A stretch of DNA of 64,000 nucleotides from a virus (IMGVR_UViG_3300028833_000092:1-64000); one strand, 5' to 3'; shown: positions 36,651 to 47,644, numbered from the stretch's first letter. Made by a program: numbers and translations. Notes: generated by a model not told the origin, from the sequence alone.

Positions 36651-38531
36651 CTACATCTCATTAGTACAATAGAGATAAGTTAATATTCCATTCTGAGCTG
36701 TATTACTCTTTTGAAATACTAAGAATCCATTAATCTGAGAGGTAAACGTATATGATGAGCCACCTGCAGGTTCACCACTAAAACCAACAAATGTACCAGA
36801 TACTTCTGTGCCTGGAGTAGCATTTCTAACATCAGTCTCAGTAATACATCCTCTTGCTCTAGAACCACTCGTATTGCCAATTACAAGTATATACTTCTTA
36901 CCACTTTCAATAGCATAAATATCAGAACGATTGTTGGACGGATATTGATAAGTCCACTTACCAGTGTTATCCACGTATCCATTCTCGTAATCAAACTCTA
37001 TAGGGTTCTTCAAATAGGATGGAGAAGAACCTGATACGTTTACTGTTACTGCTGAATAACCATCAAGATTGTCACTTGATGCATTGTAAGTTCCATTCTG
37101 TGTTATTGATTTAGCACCAAGGGTTGCACCAGATGATACATTTACAGTAACTTCTGAGTATCCATCAAGATTATCATCAGAAGCACTATATGTTCCATTT
37201 TGAGTTATTACTTTAGCACCAGTATCTACTGCATTACCAGCAGTATCTACTATAAATGTTCTAATGAGTGTATCATTATCATATATATTTATATTATGTA
37301 TTCCTGATGCATCAATTTCTTTAATTAAATCAAACGGTAAATCAGACCATTTAGAAACTGTCTGTGATGTTGCACCACTTCTTGTAGGACATGCGGGTAC
37401 AGTTTCAGTGATGGTTACATTTGTATCCGTAACAATTTTCAATGTTCTTTCAGAGTTTAAATCATTAGAGTAACATATCTTAATTTTATTTCCATCTACC
37501 CATACTGACGATACAAGAAGTGTATCAATGTAGTCTGCCCATTCATCAGTCATTTGATATCGATCTGCATTAGGATAACAAGGTGAATTGTAATCATTAG
37601 CACTTGTGATGAGGTTATTAGCAAAATTCTGATTCTCTGCTTTTAGTAATGATACGTTATAATATCCACCACCGTGGAACATACAATAATTCAAAGAACT
37701 ATTAGAACAAGAATTTTCAAAGAATAATGAATATGACCAGTTACCACTAGAATATTCATAGGGCATATCAAAGCATTCAAATCTACAGTTATAAATATGA
37801 ACATCGGTACCTGTGTAGTGCATCTGAATACCATCGAGATGAGCACTTGATTGTGTTTCAGTTTCAACTTCAATATCCATAATATAACTATTTCTAAGAT
37901 TTACATGACCACCAAGAATAGTTCCACCATCGGCACCGGGATCATAATTAGGTATGATTGATTTATAGTAAGTACGATTACCTATCAAACATCTATCTAC
38001 AATTGCTTTATTCATAGTAATCTTGGAAAATGAACAATCGTAGAATTCTAAACTGATGTTTGTCTCTTCAGGAAATGCATAAGATTGTGTAACTGCTAAA
38101 AATAAACAATTCTTAAACACAAACCTAAGATTATCCTTGTAATATGATTTATCGGATGAATATGCATTTGCCAGATAAAAATCAAAGGCAGCATAATCAG
38201 TAAAATCATAATTCTCAAATACAATTACTTGATTATCTTGAAGATTCTTTACTGAATTTGAACTATTGAAATCAATCATTGTAGTATTATCTCTCCACCC
38301 GATACCACTTGTATCTGTGGATATATTGAACTTTGTGAGAGTTCCATGACAACCAGTATTATATTTATCAGGTATAATAAGTTTATCTCTAAGTAAACCC
38401 TCACCTTGTATAAGTTCAATTTCGTCTGCTAATTCACTAACTGGTATAGGATCAGATGTACCACGTTTTGAACGTACTGCATTTGCAATATCTGTAAGTG
38501 TATTGCTATTAATTGTCCATGTAGACATCAT
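36651..38531 (-). CDS. tail-associated beta-helix (pectin-lyase-like) protein with ITQNGTY repeats
   Basis: FKNC/FYDC/IYNC repeats, HLDGIQ; two ITQNGTY..DNLDGYS.VTVNVS repeats. Confidence 0.65.
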   Translation of the reverse strand: MMSTWTINSNTLTDIANAVRSKRGTSDPIPVSELADEIELIQGEGLLRDKLIIPDKYNTGCHGTLTKFNISTDTSGIGWRDNTTMIDFNSSNSVKNLQDNQVIVFENYDFTDYAAFDFYLANAYSSDKSYYKDNLRFVFKNCLFLAVTQSYAFPEETNISLEFYDCSFSKITMNKAIVDRCLIGNRTYYKSIIPNYDPGADGGTILGGHVNLRNSYIMDIEVETETQSSAHLDGIQMHYTGTDVHIYNCRFECFDMPYEYSSGNWSYSLFFENSCSNSSLNYCMFHGGGYYNVSLLKAENQNFANNLITSANDYNSPCYPNADRYQMTDEWADYIDTLLVSSVWVDGNKIKICYSNDLNSERTLKIVTDTNVTITETVPACPTRSGATSQTVSKWSDLPFDLIKEIDASGIHNINIYDNDTLIRTFIVDTAGNAVDTGAKVITQNGTYSASDDNLDGYSEVTVNVSSGATLGAKSITQNGTYNASSDNLDGYSAVTVNVSGSSPSYLKNPIEFDYENGYVDNTGKWTYQYPSNNRSDIYAIESGKKYILVIGNTSGSRARGCITETDVRNATPGTEVSGTFVGFSGEPAGGSSYTFTSQINGFLVFQKSNTAQNGILTYLYCTNEM

Positions 38532-38812
38532 ACCACCTCGCTTTCTGCCTCAGGCAGTTCTGAAAGTACTATATTAGCAATATCTGTTTTGTCTTGAAGT
38601 GTAAGCGTGTAATCATCGCCATTCATCACATCCATAGTGGAAGTATGCTCAACATCAGAGTTATCTATCCATAAGAATGTAACTCTCTTACCACCTGTGA
38701 TGTCAGTAATTGACTGAATTTGACAAGGTTTACCTGCTAATGCACCTGTACCTTCTACAGTTGCTTTGGTGAATCCCATTGCGGCAGCTAAAGTTTCGTT
38801 ATTAATTGCCAT
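38528..38812 (-). CDS. hypothetical tail-module protein
   Basis: AAGGAGGTG RBS. Confidence 0.7.
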   Translation of the reverse strand: MAINNETLAAAMGFTKATVEGTGALAGKPCQIQSITDITGGKRVTFLWIDNSDVEHTSTMDVMNGDDYTLTLQDKTDIANIVLSELPEAESEVV

Positions 38813-38825
38813 TTATTTCACCTCC

Positions 38826-39032
38826 TTATACCCAATTCCAAGTGCCATCTGATTTCAAGAATGCAAGTTCGCCAGATGCAGTCATTACAGAACTACCAAA
38901 TGCTAGAGTATATCCTTCAATCTGTTCAATATTCATATTTGGTTGTATTTCAGATTTAGTATCAGCAAATAGAGATACTTGCATTGTGTTATTGCTTTCG
39001 TCTACTTTATTTACTTCGTTTACTATTATCAT
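38826..39032 (-). CDS. hypothetical tail-module protein
   Basis: AAGGAGGT RBS; GS.V.TA..LKSDGTW pattern. Confidence 0.7.
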   Translation of the reverse strand: MIIVNEVNKVDESNNTMQVSLFADTKSEIQPNMNIEQIEGYTLAFGSSVMTASGELAFLKSDGTWNWV

Positions 39033-39100
39033 ATTTCTACCTCCTTTTTATTAATTATATCATAACGGTAAATTACGTTAAACCGTTGATTTTAAGAAAA

Positions 39101-40195
39101 TTAATAGAATATCTCAAAACTCCAACCGCTTGTTGGTATTTGTGTTGAAATATCTACTCTTGTACTTCCTGTTGCTTGCATATTTGAACTTCCTGTTGAA
39201 GCAATATAGTAAGACTCTATTCTCGCACCACTTGATGAAGCGGCCGTTCTATTAAATACAAGATAATTGTTCGCAATTTCCTGTAATATATATCGTGCCT
39301 TTGTTCCCGACGAATTATGATAATCAAAAACAAGATAAGAATTGTTCGTAACTTTCGATAGATTAACAAGCGCAAATAAAGCATTGAATAATTGCGAATA
39401 TGTCTTTGTGCCATCAGCGGTTACACTCACGCTACCACGATCTATCATTTCTTCCACGCTTGTCTGCCCATCGCTCATCATACACTTCGATGCACTGGTG
39501 GATACGTCATGTGCTATGGCTTGAATTTTAACAGTTTGCTTAAATTTAAAACCATAGATACGATAAGGTATAGCATAATCATTTAAAGTTTGTGTAGCTG
39601 CTGTCATGTCTTTCCACGTAGCATTTCCGAATTGATAAGTCGTAGCATTAACATACACTATATCTCTAGTCATAACTCCTATACCATTACTAGTTTCTTG
39701 TGGAATTGAAATCATTCCAGATTGTCCTTTTGGAATTAAGGGTATTGCATATCTCCTAAAATTACTTGTAGACCATAATACATCAATCCATATGAAATCG
39801 TAATCATCACTATTTAATGTAATATTGCCTGAAGGAAATGCTGTCGTATAAGAATTATTCTGCCATAATACTTTACATGTTTCAATCTCTATATTACCAT
39901 TTGCATCTGGAAGACCTGAAATTATAGCACTAGGAATTGCTTCACGCTGTTCATCTGTCATAGCCATCCACTGATCCCATGTGTAATTATCAGGTGATGC
40001 ATCGATCTCAGTAATATTATCAGTACTGTTATCGGAGACCTTCATACCCTTAAACTGCATATTAGGACGCTGTATCATAGCAGTTCCACTAGGATCGAGT
40101 ATGGTATGACCTCCACTACCTCCTCCGCCATTTCCTGAGAATCCACCGACTATGTCTTCTCCGAAAGCTAATAAATTTCCTGTATTACTAGGCAT
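39101..40195 (-). CDS. tail fibre-like modular protein
   Basis: Shares modules with 41205-42911 (LA.GED, GGHTI..PSGT.M.QR, LWQN, VST.A..CM.SD). Confidence 0.65.
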   Translation of the reverse strand: MPSNTGNLLAFGEDIVGGFSGNGGGGSGGHTILDPSGTAMIQRPNMQFKGMKVSDNSTDNITEIDASPDNYTWDQWMAMTDEQREAIPSAIISGLPDANGNIEIETCKVLWQNNSYTTAFPSGNITLNSDDYDFIWIDVLWSTSNFRRYAIPLIPKGQSGMISIPQETSNGIGVMTRDIVYVNATTYQFGNATWKDMTAATQTLNDYAIPYRIYGFKFKQTVKIQAIAHDVSTSASKCMMSDGQTSVEEMIDRGSVSVTADGTKTYSQLFNALFALVNLSKVTNNSYLVFDYHNSSGTKARYILQEIANNYLVFNRTAASSSGARIESYYIASTGSSNMQATGSTRVDISTQIPTSGWSFEIFY

Positions 40196-40207
40196 AATTA
40201 ATCTCCT

Positions 40208-40918
40208 TTAAATATAATAGGTAAGCACTCTTCCGTAATATGATTGAGCTACAGATGCTGTAAATCGAATATCATGCATAGAACCATTATATAGATGCAT
40301 ATCTACCTGACCTGAAGTGAATGCCCAATTAGCAGTTACTCCATAGCATACAAATATGCTACCTAAATAATCAGTCATATTATTTGGTAATTCATAATTG
40401 ATAGAAGCATAATTATTTGCAGTTGAGACAACAACTGTAATACCAGTTAGAACTTTAACCTTAACAGCTCCAACAACTGATGCAGCACTTACCTGCAGAT
40501 TCTCATGAATAAGGTTAGCTACTTTCTTCAGACCATAGATTTTATAAGGAATCATAATAGCATTATTAACTTCTACGGAGCTACCATTAGCTTGAAAATA
40601 ACCATTTTGAATTGTGAGGGTAATATCAGATGTATAATCAATCTGTCTCATCCATACCTGTATAGTTGTTCCACCAGTAGTGTTAGGTCTCTGTATAAGA
40701 ATGTTTTTACCTTTCTCTATAATTTCACTTGTTACATATAACTGTGAACTTGTAGATCTTAGACACTCAATCAATAACAAATCATAATCAGTGTTTGCAA
40801 GAGTAATAGTTCTAGGTGTGAATACTGCAGTAGGATCAGGGTTCTCCCATAATAATTGTATAGAAGCATAATTATCTCCGCCAATAATATGACCATTAAT
40901 CGCTAATGCATCTGCCAT
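40208..40918 (-). CDS. tail fibre-like modular protein
   Basis: LWENPDPT..IPYKIYG module shared with neighbours. Confidence 0.6.
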   Translation of the reverse strand: MADALAINGHIIGGDNYASIQLLWENPDPTAVFTPRTITLANTDYDLLLIECLRSTSSQLYVTSEIIEKGKNILIQRPNTTGGTTIQVWMRQIDYTSDITLTIQNGYFQANGSSVEVNNAIMIPYKIYGLKKVANLIHENLQVSAASVVGAVKVKVLTGITVVVSTANNYASINYELPNNMTDYLGSIFVCYGVTANWAFTSGQVDMHLYNGSMHDIRFTASVAQSYYGRVLTYYI

Positions 40919-40920
40919 GA

Positions 40921-41175
40921 TTAATTATCTCCTTCGTTGTTTACAGGTTCAAAAGTTGCTTCATCTTTGACTTCTACTCCGCCCCACTGATTAGAGATGT
41001 ATGTACAGAAGTAAGAAAGATTGCCTACCTCACGAGCATATTTAGCAAGCTCATGATACTTAGCCATAGCTGCATTCTTCTGATCACTCGTGTAATCAGT
41101 ATGTGCGATTACTGGCTGTCCTTCAAAAGGTACTGTAATGTGTGTTACTGTGAAAAATAAAGATTCGTTGTTCAT
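40921..41175 (-). CDS. hypothetical protein (possible fibre chaperone)
   Basis: GAGGAG RBS before ATG 41175. Confidence 0.65.
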   Translation of the reverse strand: MNNESLFFTVTHITVPFEGQPVIAHTDYTSDQKNAAMAKYHELAKYAREVGNLSYFCTYISNQWGGVEVKDEATFEPVNNEGDN

Positions 41176-41204
41176 AAATTTTCTCCTCACTTTCTTATTT
41201 TAAC

Positions 41205-42911
41205 TTATGATGTTTTTGTGTAACGTAGTGTAACGTATGTAGCGGTATATGATGACATATCTGAACCTGTATTGATATACACAAGAGAATCGGTTGCTTC
41301 AATGTCAATATGTGTTGCATTCCAAATGTATGGAATAGGTTTAAATGCGCCGCTTTTAGTTGCAATACCATTGATACTAATAACTTTTCCAAGATTAGTA
41401 ATGCCATGTCCTTTTGATTTGGTAGTGGCATTAGGCAAAGCACCAAAATCAATAGTTTTCTCATACAACGTACTTCCATCTATCCACTTACCTACAACAT
41501 GCTCTGATGTAGAATAGTTAAGTGCATTTTCTACACTTGATACATTATCTGACAGCATACAATGATCAGCTCTGGTAGATACGTTTGCAGCAATTGCTGA
41601 GATTTTAGCTGTTAGAGTTTTCTTGTAGGTGTAGATTTCAATGGGGATTAAAACATTATTTGTAACAGTTCTTGCCGCATTTGATTTCTGCGTAACACCA
41701 TCTCCAATAATAAACTGTGTGTCGGAAACGTAAGAGATAGACCTAAAATAGTTATTTGAATATGTACTGTTACTTGTGCCTGCACACGAAAATACGCCCC
41801 CATTCCCTTTGGGAATATCAACAGAAATGTTCATGGCATTATTTAATGCCGCTATGAAACGCACAAAATCATAATCAGCATCTGCATTAAGAGTAATCTG
41901 CTGACTTGCAAAATCACTTGTCGGATTAGGATTACTCCAGGCTAGATGCATTGTTTCAATCTCGACTTCTCCTTCAGCTCCTGGAACATTAGTTATAAGC
42001 CATTTCTTACCCTGCTTATCCTGAGCAGACATAGCATCCCATTGAGCTTTAGTAACACGTATAGGCGCATCAGATACAACTGTTGCTCCATCTGCTGAAT
42101 CATCAGTAGTTTGCAGATATCCATCAAACTCTAATTTGCGTCTTTGAGTCATTAGAGTACCAGTACTATCATAAATCAGATGACCAGCATTTTCTAGTTC
42201 TTCGCCGACAGTAGTCTGTGTGAAATGAGATGCATCCCATGCACCAGTATGAGCAGTAGTACATTTATATAAATTGTTATTATAGTATACATAATCTCCT
42301 ACTGTATAATTTGTAGCATCACTGAATGATCCAGTAATGGAAGGAGTGGAGAGATATATCGTACCGCCTTTAGTACTATTATAAGTATAGGCTATACCAT
42401 CTCTGGGAACAATATTCGTACTCGTATATCTGGTAGTACATGACCATCCATTAGTACTATCTAAAGTATAGACAATCATTGTATCTGTTTGGTGATTATA
42501 ATCATGACTGTTTGTAGTCTTCGGATATAAAAACTCTGCTCGTGTAGGATTTGCAGGATTATCAACATATGAAAGAACTGCATGTCTACTCTGTGTTCCA
42601 GAAGATGGATCGGAATCAGTTATTGATGCTTTACAGAATACTACATTATTATTACTATAAGCTGTAGTAAAATCATTCCATGTTGATGTACCATATGAAA
42701 GTATTGTTATTCCACTACCTGACCCACCAGAGATTGTAACTACAGTACGATCATTAGTACTATCATCTGTGACAGTTACATTATTTCCAGCGAACTGTAA
42801 ATTTGCTCTCTGTGTCATAGTTGTACCAGATGGATTCTCAATTGTATGACCGCCGGAACTTTCTACATCGCTACCTATAACATCTTCTCCATAAGCAAGA
42901 AAATTTGCCAT
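41205..42911 (-). CDS. tail fibre-like modular protein
   Basis: Y.VGDYVYYNNNLYKC..AH carbohydrate-binding-like module; G.WIDG..LYEKT..RYTKTS tip domain. Confidence 0.7.
   Translation of the reverse strand: MANFLAYGEDVIGSDVESSGGHTIENPSGTTMTQRANLQFAGNNVTVTDDSTNDRTVVTISGGSGSGITILSYGTSTWNDFTTAYSNNNVVFCKASITDSDPSSGTQSRHAVLSYVDNPANPTRAEFLYPKTTNSHDYNHQTDTMIVYTLDSTNGWSCTTRYTSTNIVPRDGIAYTYNSTKGGTIYLSTPSITGSFSDATNYTVGDYVYYNNNLYKCTTAHTGAWDASHFTQTTVGEELENAGHLIYDSTGTLMTQRRKLEFDGYLQTTDDSADGATVVSDAPIRVTKAQWDAMSAQDKQGKKWLITNVPGAEGEVEIETMHLAWSNPNPTSDFASQQITLNADADYDFVRFIAALNNAMNISVDIPKGNGGVFSCAGTSNSTYSNNYFRSISYVSDTQFIIGDGVTQKSNAARTVTNNVLIPIEIYTYKKTLTAKISAIAANVSTRADHCMLSDNVSSVENALNYSTSEHVVGKWIDGSTLYEKTIDFGALPNATTKSKGHGITNLGKVISINGIATKSGAFKPIPYIWNATHIDIEATDSLVYINTGSDMSSYTATYVTLRYTKTS
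41455..41486. repeat. 32-bp exact direct repeat, copy 1 (copy 2 at 43405-43436)
   Basis: GTTTTCTCATACAACGTACTTCCATCTATCCA. Confidence 0.9.
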
Positions 42912-42927
42912 ACGTAGTATCTCCTTT

Positions 42928-43126
42928 CTATAATTTCATAATCTCTTTAATCCAATCATTGAATGTAATAGATTCCATCATAAGACCTTCTTGGAACATT
43001 CTATTTTTCATACCTACAATGATTTGATTTTTTTCTTTTTCATCTATTGTATCAAAATATTCTTTATATTTTTCATAATACTCTTTAAACCTAATTCTGT
43101 ATTCTTGATTCTCTTAATCGAGTCAT
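42928..43126 (-). pseudogene. small ORF (65 aa) broken by a +1 base near its start
   Basis: ATG 43126 with AGGA RBS; removing one base gives MTRLENQEYRIRFKEYY...IMKL. Confidence 0.5.
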
Positions 43127-43151
43127 TCTTATCCTATCACTTATGAAAGTT

Positions 43152-46100
43152 TTATGATGTTTTAGTATAACGGATAGTGATATATGTTTCTGTACACGAT
43201 GACAGATCGGTATTGTCTACAATGTTTAATTTTGTTGGTTCTACATCTATCCTTACAAACATTCCTGATGTTGCAATAGGTAATGCCATAGTGTTTCCAT
43301 AAGTAGTGTACGTATATCCTCTTATATCAACACAACGTTTGAAATTTGAAATGTTATGTAACACTAATTTCTGTGATGCATTTGGTAACGTTCCACAGTC
43401 AATCGTTTTCTCATACAACGTACTTCCATCTATCCATGTTCCGATCTCATGTTCTTCAGCTGAATAATTAACTCTCTGAAATTCTGCACCAATAGTTGTC
43501 TGAGTGAAGTGATTTGCATTCCATGCACCTGCAGAATGAGCAGTTGTACATTTGTATAAATTACCATTATAGAATACAAAATTATTTACTGCATAACTTG
43601 TAGAAGTACTGAATGATGGTGCAATTGCAGGAGTCGAAAGAGTCATTGTCGGACTGCCATCATTGGAGTAACTATACGCAATACCATCTCCTGCTTTAAT
43701 AGTAGTAGATGTATGTCTATTTCCATTAAATACCCATGTGCCACCATTAGTATTATTGAGTTTATATATATACACTTCATCTGTCTGAGCATCATATGTT
43801 TTACTTGATACAGACCTAACATACTGAAATTCTACTTCTGTAGGGCTACTTGCATTATTTACATATGCCATAAATGCAAGTCTAGTCTGACTACCAGTAC
43901 CCGGATTACTTGCGTTACTTGATGCACGACAATATACAACAGTATTATTATTATATGCATTTATAAAATCATTCCATGTTGAATGACCATATGATAATAC
44001 TACCATGTTAGGTATTGATACTATAGTAGCATTATTTGTACTATCATCAGTAACTGTTGCACCAGTAAACTTCAAATTGGTACGCTGAGTCATTGCAGTA
44101 CCAGTAGAGTCTTCGATTGTATGACCTCCACCTCCACCACCAGATGCTGCTAATGCTGACAATGCAGATTGAACAGTTGTTTGTGTTTGACCACCTACAA
44201 CTACAGGAGTATCGAGAGTTTTAGGTTGTAAGTTATTTACAGGAGTTCCGGGTGCATTAGTAATTAACCATTTTTTACCCGATTTTTGTTGAGGTGTCAT
44301 ATTTACCCATGTATCATATGTTACTGTGTTAGGAGCGTCAGATACAACAGTTCTACCATTCGCAGAATCATCTGTAGTTTCAAGATATCCAGCAAACTGT
44401 AATCCATTTCTTTGTGTCATATCTGTTCCAGATTTATCTTCAATAACATGTCCAGTATCTTCCGATGCTAACGCACTTAAAGCATTTTGTACTGTAGTTT
44501 GAGATTGTCCACCTACTGTAATAGGTGTTTCAAGTGTTTTGGGTTGTAACGAACTAACATCTTGATGTGATTTAAGAACAGTAGCAGAAGTACCACTCTT
44601 TAACTGAATAGTTACTTTATCTACATCTGTTCCTGTACCATTAGTAACAGACATTTCTGATTTATCTGCTTTTCCAGATATATCAGTAGATGTAAGATAT
44701 TGATTCGTATCAATTGTACCATCATTTTTAATAAGACCTGAAGTAGATGATTTTTCTACATAATTAGTAAGTTTTTCACTTAATTGAAAGTTTGTATATG
44801 TTGGTGGTAAATACGTGTTATCTTCTACTGATTCAGAACATATCATTATTGCAGCATATGCTTCATCTCTCGAAGTAGACTGAGGTGCAGTAAAATTAAG
44901 AGTTGAAAGTTTTATACTCTTTATTCCAGATTGTTCAGAATTATTTATTTGAAATGTTCCCGAATTATTATTTGTAACAGTAATAGTATTTGTATTTCCA
45001 TCATAATATTCAAGAGTTATGAATATATCACCAGAAATTTGATCTCCATATATATCTTGTTTAATAAATCTTGATACGAGTTTATAATTTCCCTTATTAA
45101 GAGGATAAGGAGAATTTTGATCATAAATAACATATTCGGTAGCGTTGGTTTGAGTTCCATACATACGTATAGCAGAAGTTACACGAATATAACCCGACTG
45201 AGTAGCAAGATAATCTTTTTGCGAAACTGTAAAAGTTACTCCACCTACAGTTTTAGTATCTCCGTCTTGATATGGGAACGGTAATAAGTTTTTAGAACTA
45301 TAAATATTGAAAATATCATCAATACTTTCAGTATTTCTATTTTTACCAAAAACAGTTTTTTCTCCCAAGTTGTTAACTACAACAATTTCTTTATTGTTTT
45401 TAATAAAGTTAATACTGTTATCGTTTAATGAATTAGGTTCATTAGTATAACGATTAAATTCAACAGACGTATTGTTTTCATCTGGTATTATATTTTCATT
45501 AATATCGAAAGCATATACATTTCCTATTGTGGCAGTTCCAGCAGTAGTAACTTGAGTACTGTTACCAGATATATAATGCATTTCAATATAATCACAATTT
45601 TCTGGCACTACTAATTGAATAGCAACACCGTCAGTATTAAATAATAAATCAGATGAACCTTGTCCAGTTTCACTTGAAAATACATTAAATACTTCTCCAT
45701 TTACGGAATATTTAAGAGATAATATATTTTCATTTTGATATGTATATTCATATGTAACTGCACCAAACTCAATAGTTTTACCAACCATTTCGTTTAATTT
45801 AGTTGAATCATTGATCCTAATAAACATATCACTCCATCCAATTGGAACATTATATTGAACTGTTTCAGTTATAGGATTTGATCCACTTATTTTAGTTACT
45901 TGACTATCTGTTTCAGCGTAATTATCATTTGAATCATAATAATAATTTGTATAATAATCAAAGCCGGGTATTTCACCCCACTCATCTTTATTTAATTTAA
46001 CTTTGTTTGGATAACCATTTTTCCATTTATTACTTGATTCATTATATACAGTAGTTTGACCATCTTCCAAGTCATGAATTTCTGTATTATTTAAACCTTC

Positions 46101-47228
46101 TATAGTGTGACGTTTAGTAAGTTCTGCATTTGTCATTGCATATTTAACATATGTATTGTCAGAAATACTAGCAACTCTCAACATAGGTTTAAATACTCTA
46201 TTATTTAAAACAGTTTCATCATCTACTTGAATATCTAATAAACTAATATAAGCATCATTATTTATAGCATTTACAGTAATATTTCTATTACCATCACTTA
46301 AATTTATTGTATATAAATGTTGGGTTATACTTCCACTTTCATAAAATGCTATACCTATTTCAACTCTACATCCGGGTGTTACCAACACATCAGATAAAGA
46401 ATATGTATTATTTGGTATATAAATACAAGTATCATCAGGAGTTAACCCTTTATCAATTAAATTAAATTTAACAAAAGAAGTCGCAGTACCACTAGCACTA
46501 ATAGAACCATCATCTAATATTGAAAATTCTATTCCATTTAATTCAGCAGTAGTATTACATTTTTCTGTATAATCTAATAAGTTTTTCGCACCATAAATAT
46601 TTACAATATCTCTAATATCATCTTTCGATGTTTGTTCACTATAATATTTAGAGTTATTATGATAATATGGACTTTGTGGGTCTACTGGCACACCATTTTG
46701 CGTACCAATTGCAAATCCTTCTGCCATTAATTTATTTGATATGGCTGCATTTTTTGCAGAAACCGCGTCACTTGCATTTGCAGACGCAGTAGCTGCGTTA
46801 GTAGCAGAATTCCTTGAATATTCAGCAGATTCATTTTTATATCCGAGTGTTAATTCACTGTAATATTTTGAATTATTGTGAAAATATGGACTTTCAGAAT
46901 CTACTGGAATTTCATTTTGTGTACCTACTGCATAACCTTCAGATTTTAATTTATGAGTTTCTGCATCATCTCTATAACTTTCTGCTTCAGTTGCGGCACT
47001 TTCTGCTCTTTCAATATAATCATTTATATTATTAAAAGCATTTTCGATACGATTTTCTAAATCATTAAATTGATCTGCTTCAAATTTATTACCTTGTTCA
47101 ATTATTTCTCCAACAGCTAATTCAACGTTATATAAATCGTCATCAACTTGCGTTAATTTTCTTCGATTAGGATATTGGGCAGCAAAATCTTTCCACACTT
47201 TTTTATTAAAAATTGGCAATACTGTCAC
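43152..47228 (-). CDS. large tail fibre / receptor-binding protein
   Basis: Tandem GTQN.PVD..SPY.HNNSKYYSE, twice KNLL domain, repeated GH.IED..GT.MTQR and LQPKTL.TP modules, WIDG tip. Confidence 0.75.
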   Translation of the reverse strand: MTVLPIFNKKVWKDFAAQYPNRRKLTQVDDDLYNVELAVGEIIEQGNKFEADQFNDLENRIENAFNNINDYIERAESAATEAESYRDDAETHKLKSEGYAVGTQNEIPVDSESPYFHNNSKYYSELTLGYKNESAEYSRNSATNAATASANASDAVSAKNAAISNKLMAEGFAIGTQNGVPVDPQSPYYHNNSKYYSEQTSKDDIRDIVNIYGAKNLLDYTEKCNTTAELNGIEFSILDDGSISASGTATSFVKFNLIDKGLTPDDTCIYIPNNTYSLSDVLVTPGCRVEIGIAFYESGSITQHLYTINLSDGNRNITVNAINNDAYISLLDIQVDDETVLNNRVFKPMLRVASISDNTYVKYAMTNAELTKRHTIEGLNNTEIHDLEDGQTTVYNESSNKWKNGYPNKVKLNKDEWGEIPGFDYYTNYYYDSNDNYAETDSQVTKISGSNPITETVQYNVPIGWSDMFIRINDSTKLNEMVGKTIEFGAVTYEYTYQNENILSLKYSVNGEVFNVFSSETGQGSSDLLFNTDGVAIQLVVPENCDYIEMHYISGNSTQVTTAGTATIGNVYAFDINENIIPDENNTSVEFNRYTNEPNSLNDNSINFIKNNKEIVVVNNLGEKTVFGKNRNTESIDDIFNIYSSKNLLPFPYQDGDTKTVGGVTFTVSQKDYLATQSGYIRVTSAIRMYGTQTNATEYVIYDQNSPYPLNKGNYKLVSRFIKQDIYGDQISGDIFITLEYYDGNTNTITVTNNNSGTFQINNSEQSGIKSIKLSTLNFTAPQSTSRDEAYAAIMICSESVEDNTYLPPTYTNFQLSEKLTNYVEKSSTSGLIKNDGTIDTNQYLTSTDISGKADKSEMSVTNGTGTDVDKVTIQLKSGTSATVLKSHQDVSSLQPKTLETPITVGGQSQTTVQNALSALASEDTGHVIEDKSGTDMTQRNGLQFAGYLETTDDSANGRTVVSDAPNTVTYDTWVNMTPQQKSGKKWLITNAPGTPVNNLQPKTLDTPVVVGGQTQTTVQSALSALAASGGGGGGHTIEDSTGTAMTQRTNLKFTGATVTDDSTNNATIVSIPNMVVLSYGHSTWNDFINAYNNNTVVYCRASSNASNPGTGSQTRLAFMAYVNNASSPTEVEFQYVRSVSSKTYDAQTDEVYIYKLNNTNGGTWVFNGNRHTSTTIKAGDGIAYSYSNDGSPTMTLSTPAIAPSFSTSTSYAVNNFVFYNGNLYKCTTAHSAGAWNANHFTQTTIGAEFQRVNYSAEEHEIGTWIDGSTLYEKTIDCGTLPNASQKLVLHNISNFKRCVDIRGYTYTTYGNTMALPIATSGMFVRIDVEPTKLNIVDNTDLSSCTETYITIRYTKTS
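43405..43436. repeat. 32-bp exact direct repeat, copy 2
   Basis: Identical to 41455-41486. Confidence 0.9.
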
Positions 47229-47233
47229 CCCCT

Positions 47234-47644
47234 TTACTCAATAAGACCAGTTTCATTTCCAGTATATAACTCAGATATATCAGAATTGTAACTTATAAGA
47301 ATATTATCATTATCAATTTGTCCAATCCAATGTGCTCCAGTAAATATATTATTAGGATATAATTCTTCATCATCTAATGTTATAAATATCTTTTTCTGGA
47401 TATCCATTTCATTGGCATATGTTGCACTTTTTTTAATTTCGCCATCTATAAAAGATAAAAGTTCTGCCCCAACAAACCAGACACCTCTTTTTTCGTCATC
47501 CATAGCATTATGAGAATTCAAATAATTTGAGGCTTCTGTGTATTTTTTTTGGTTTAATAATGACAAATATTCTTTCATTATTTCTCTTTTTTTATTTGAT
47601 AAATCTGAATAATATAATCTATCACATACTTCTAATTCACTCAT
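47234..47644 (-). CDS. hypothetical tail-module protein
   Basis: GAGGAG RBS; similar to 47645-47950 (Y.EA..Y, ..I..EI). Confidence 0.7.
   Translation of the reverse strand: MSELEVCDRLYYSDLSNKKREIMKEYLSLLNQKKYTEASNYLNSHNAMDDEKRGVWFVGAELLSFIDGEIKKSATYANEMDIQKKIFITLDDEELYPNNIFTGAHWIGQIDNDNILISYNSDISELYTGNETGLIE

Noticed and set aside
39101-47228. Diversity-generating retroelement acting on fibre tips
   Set aside because: No reverse transcriptase in the window and paralogue differences are not adenine-specific
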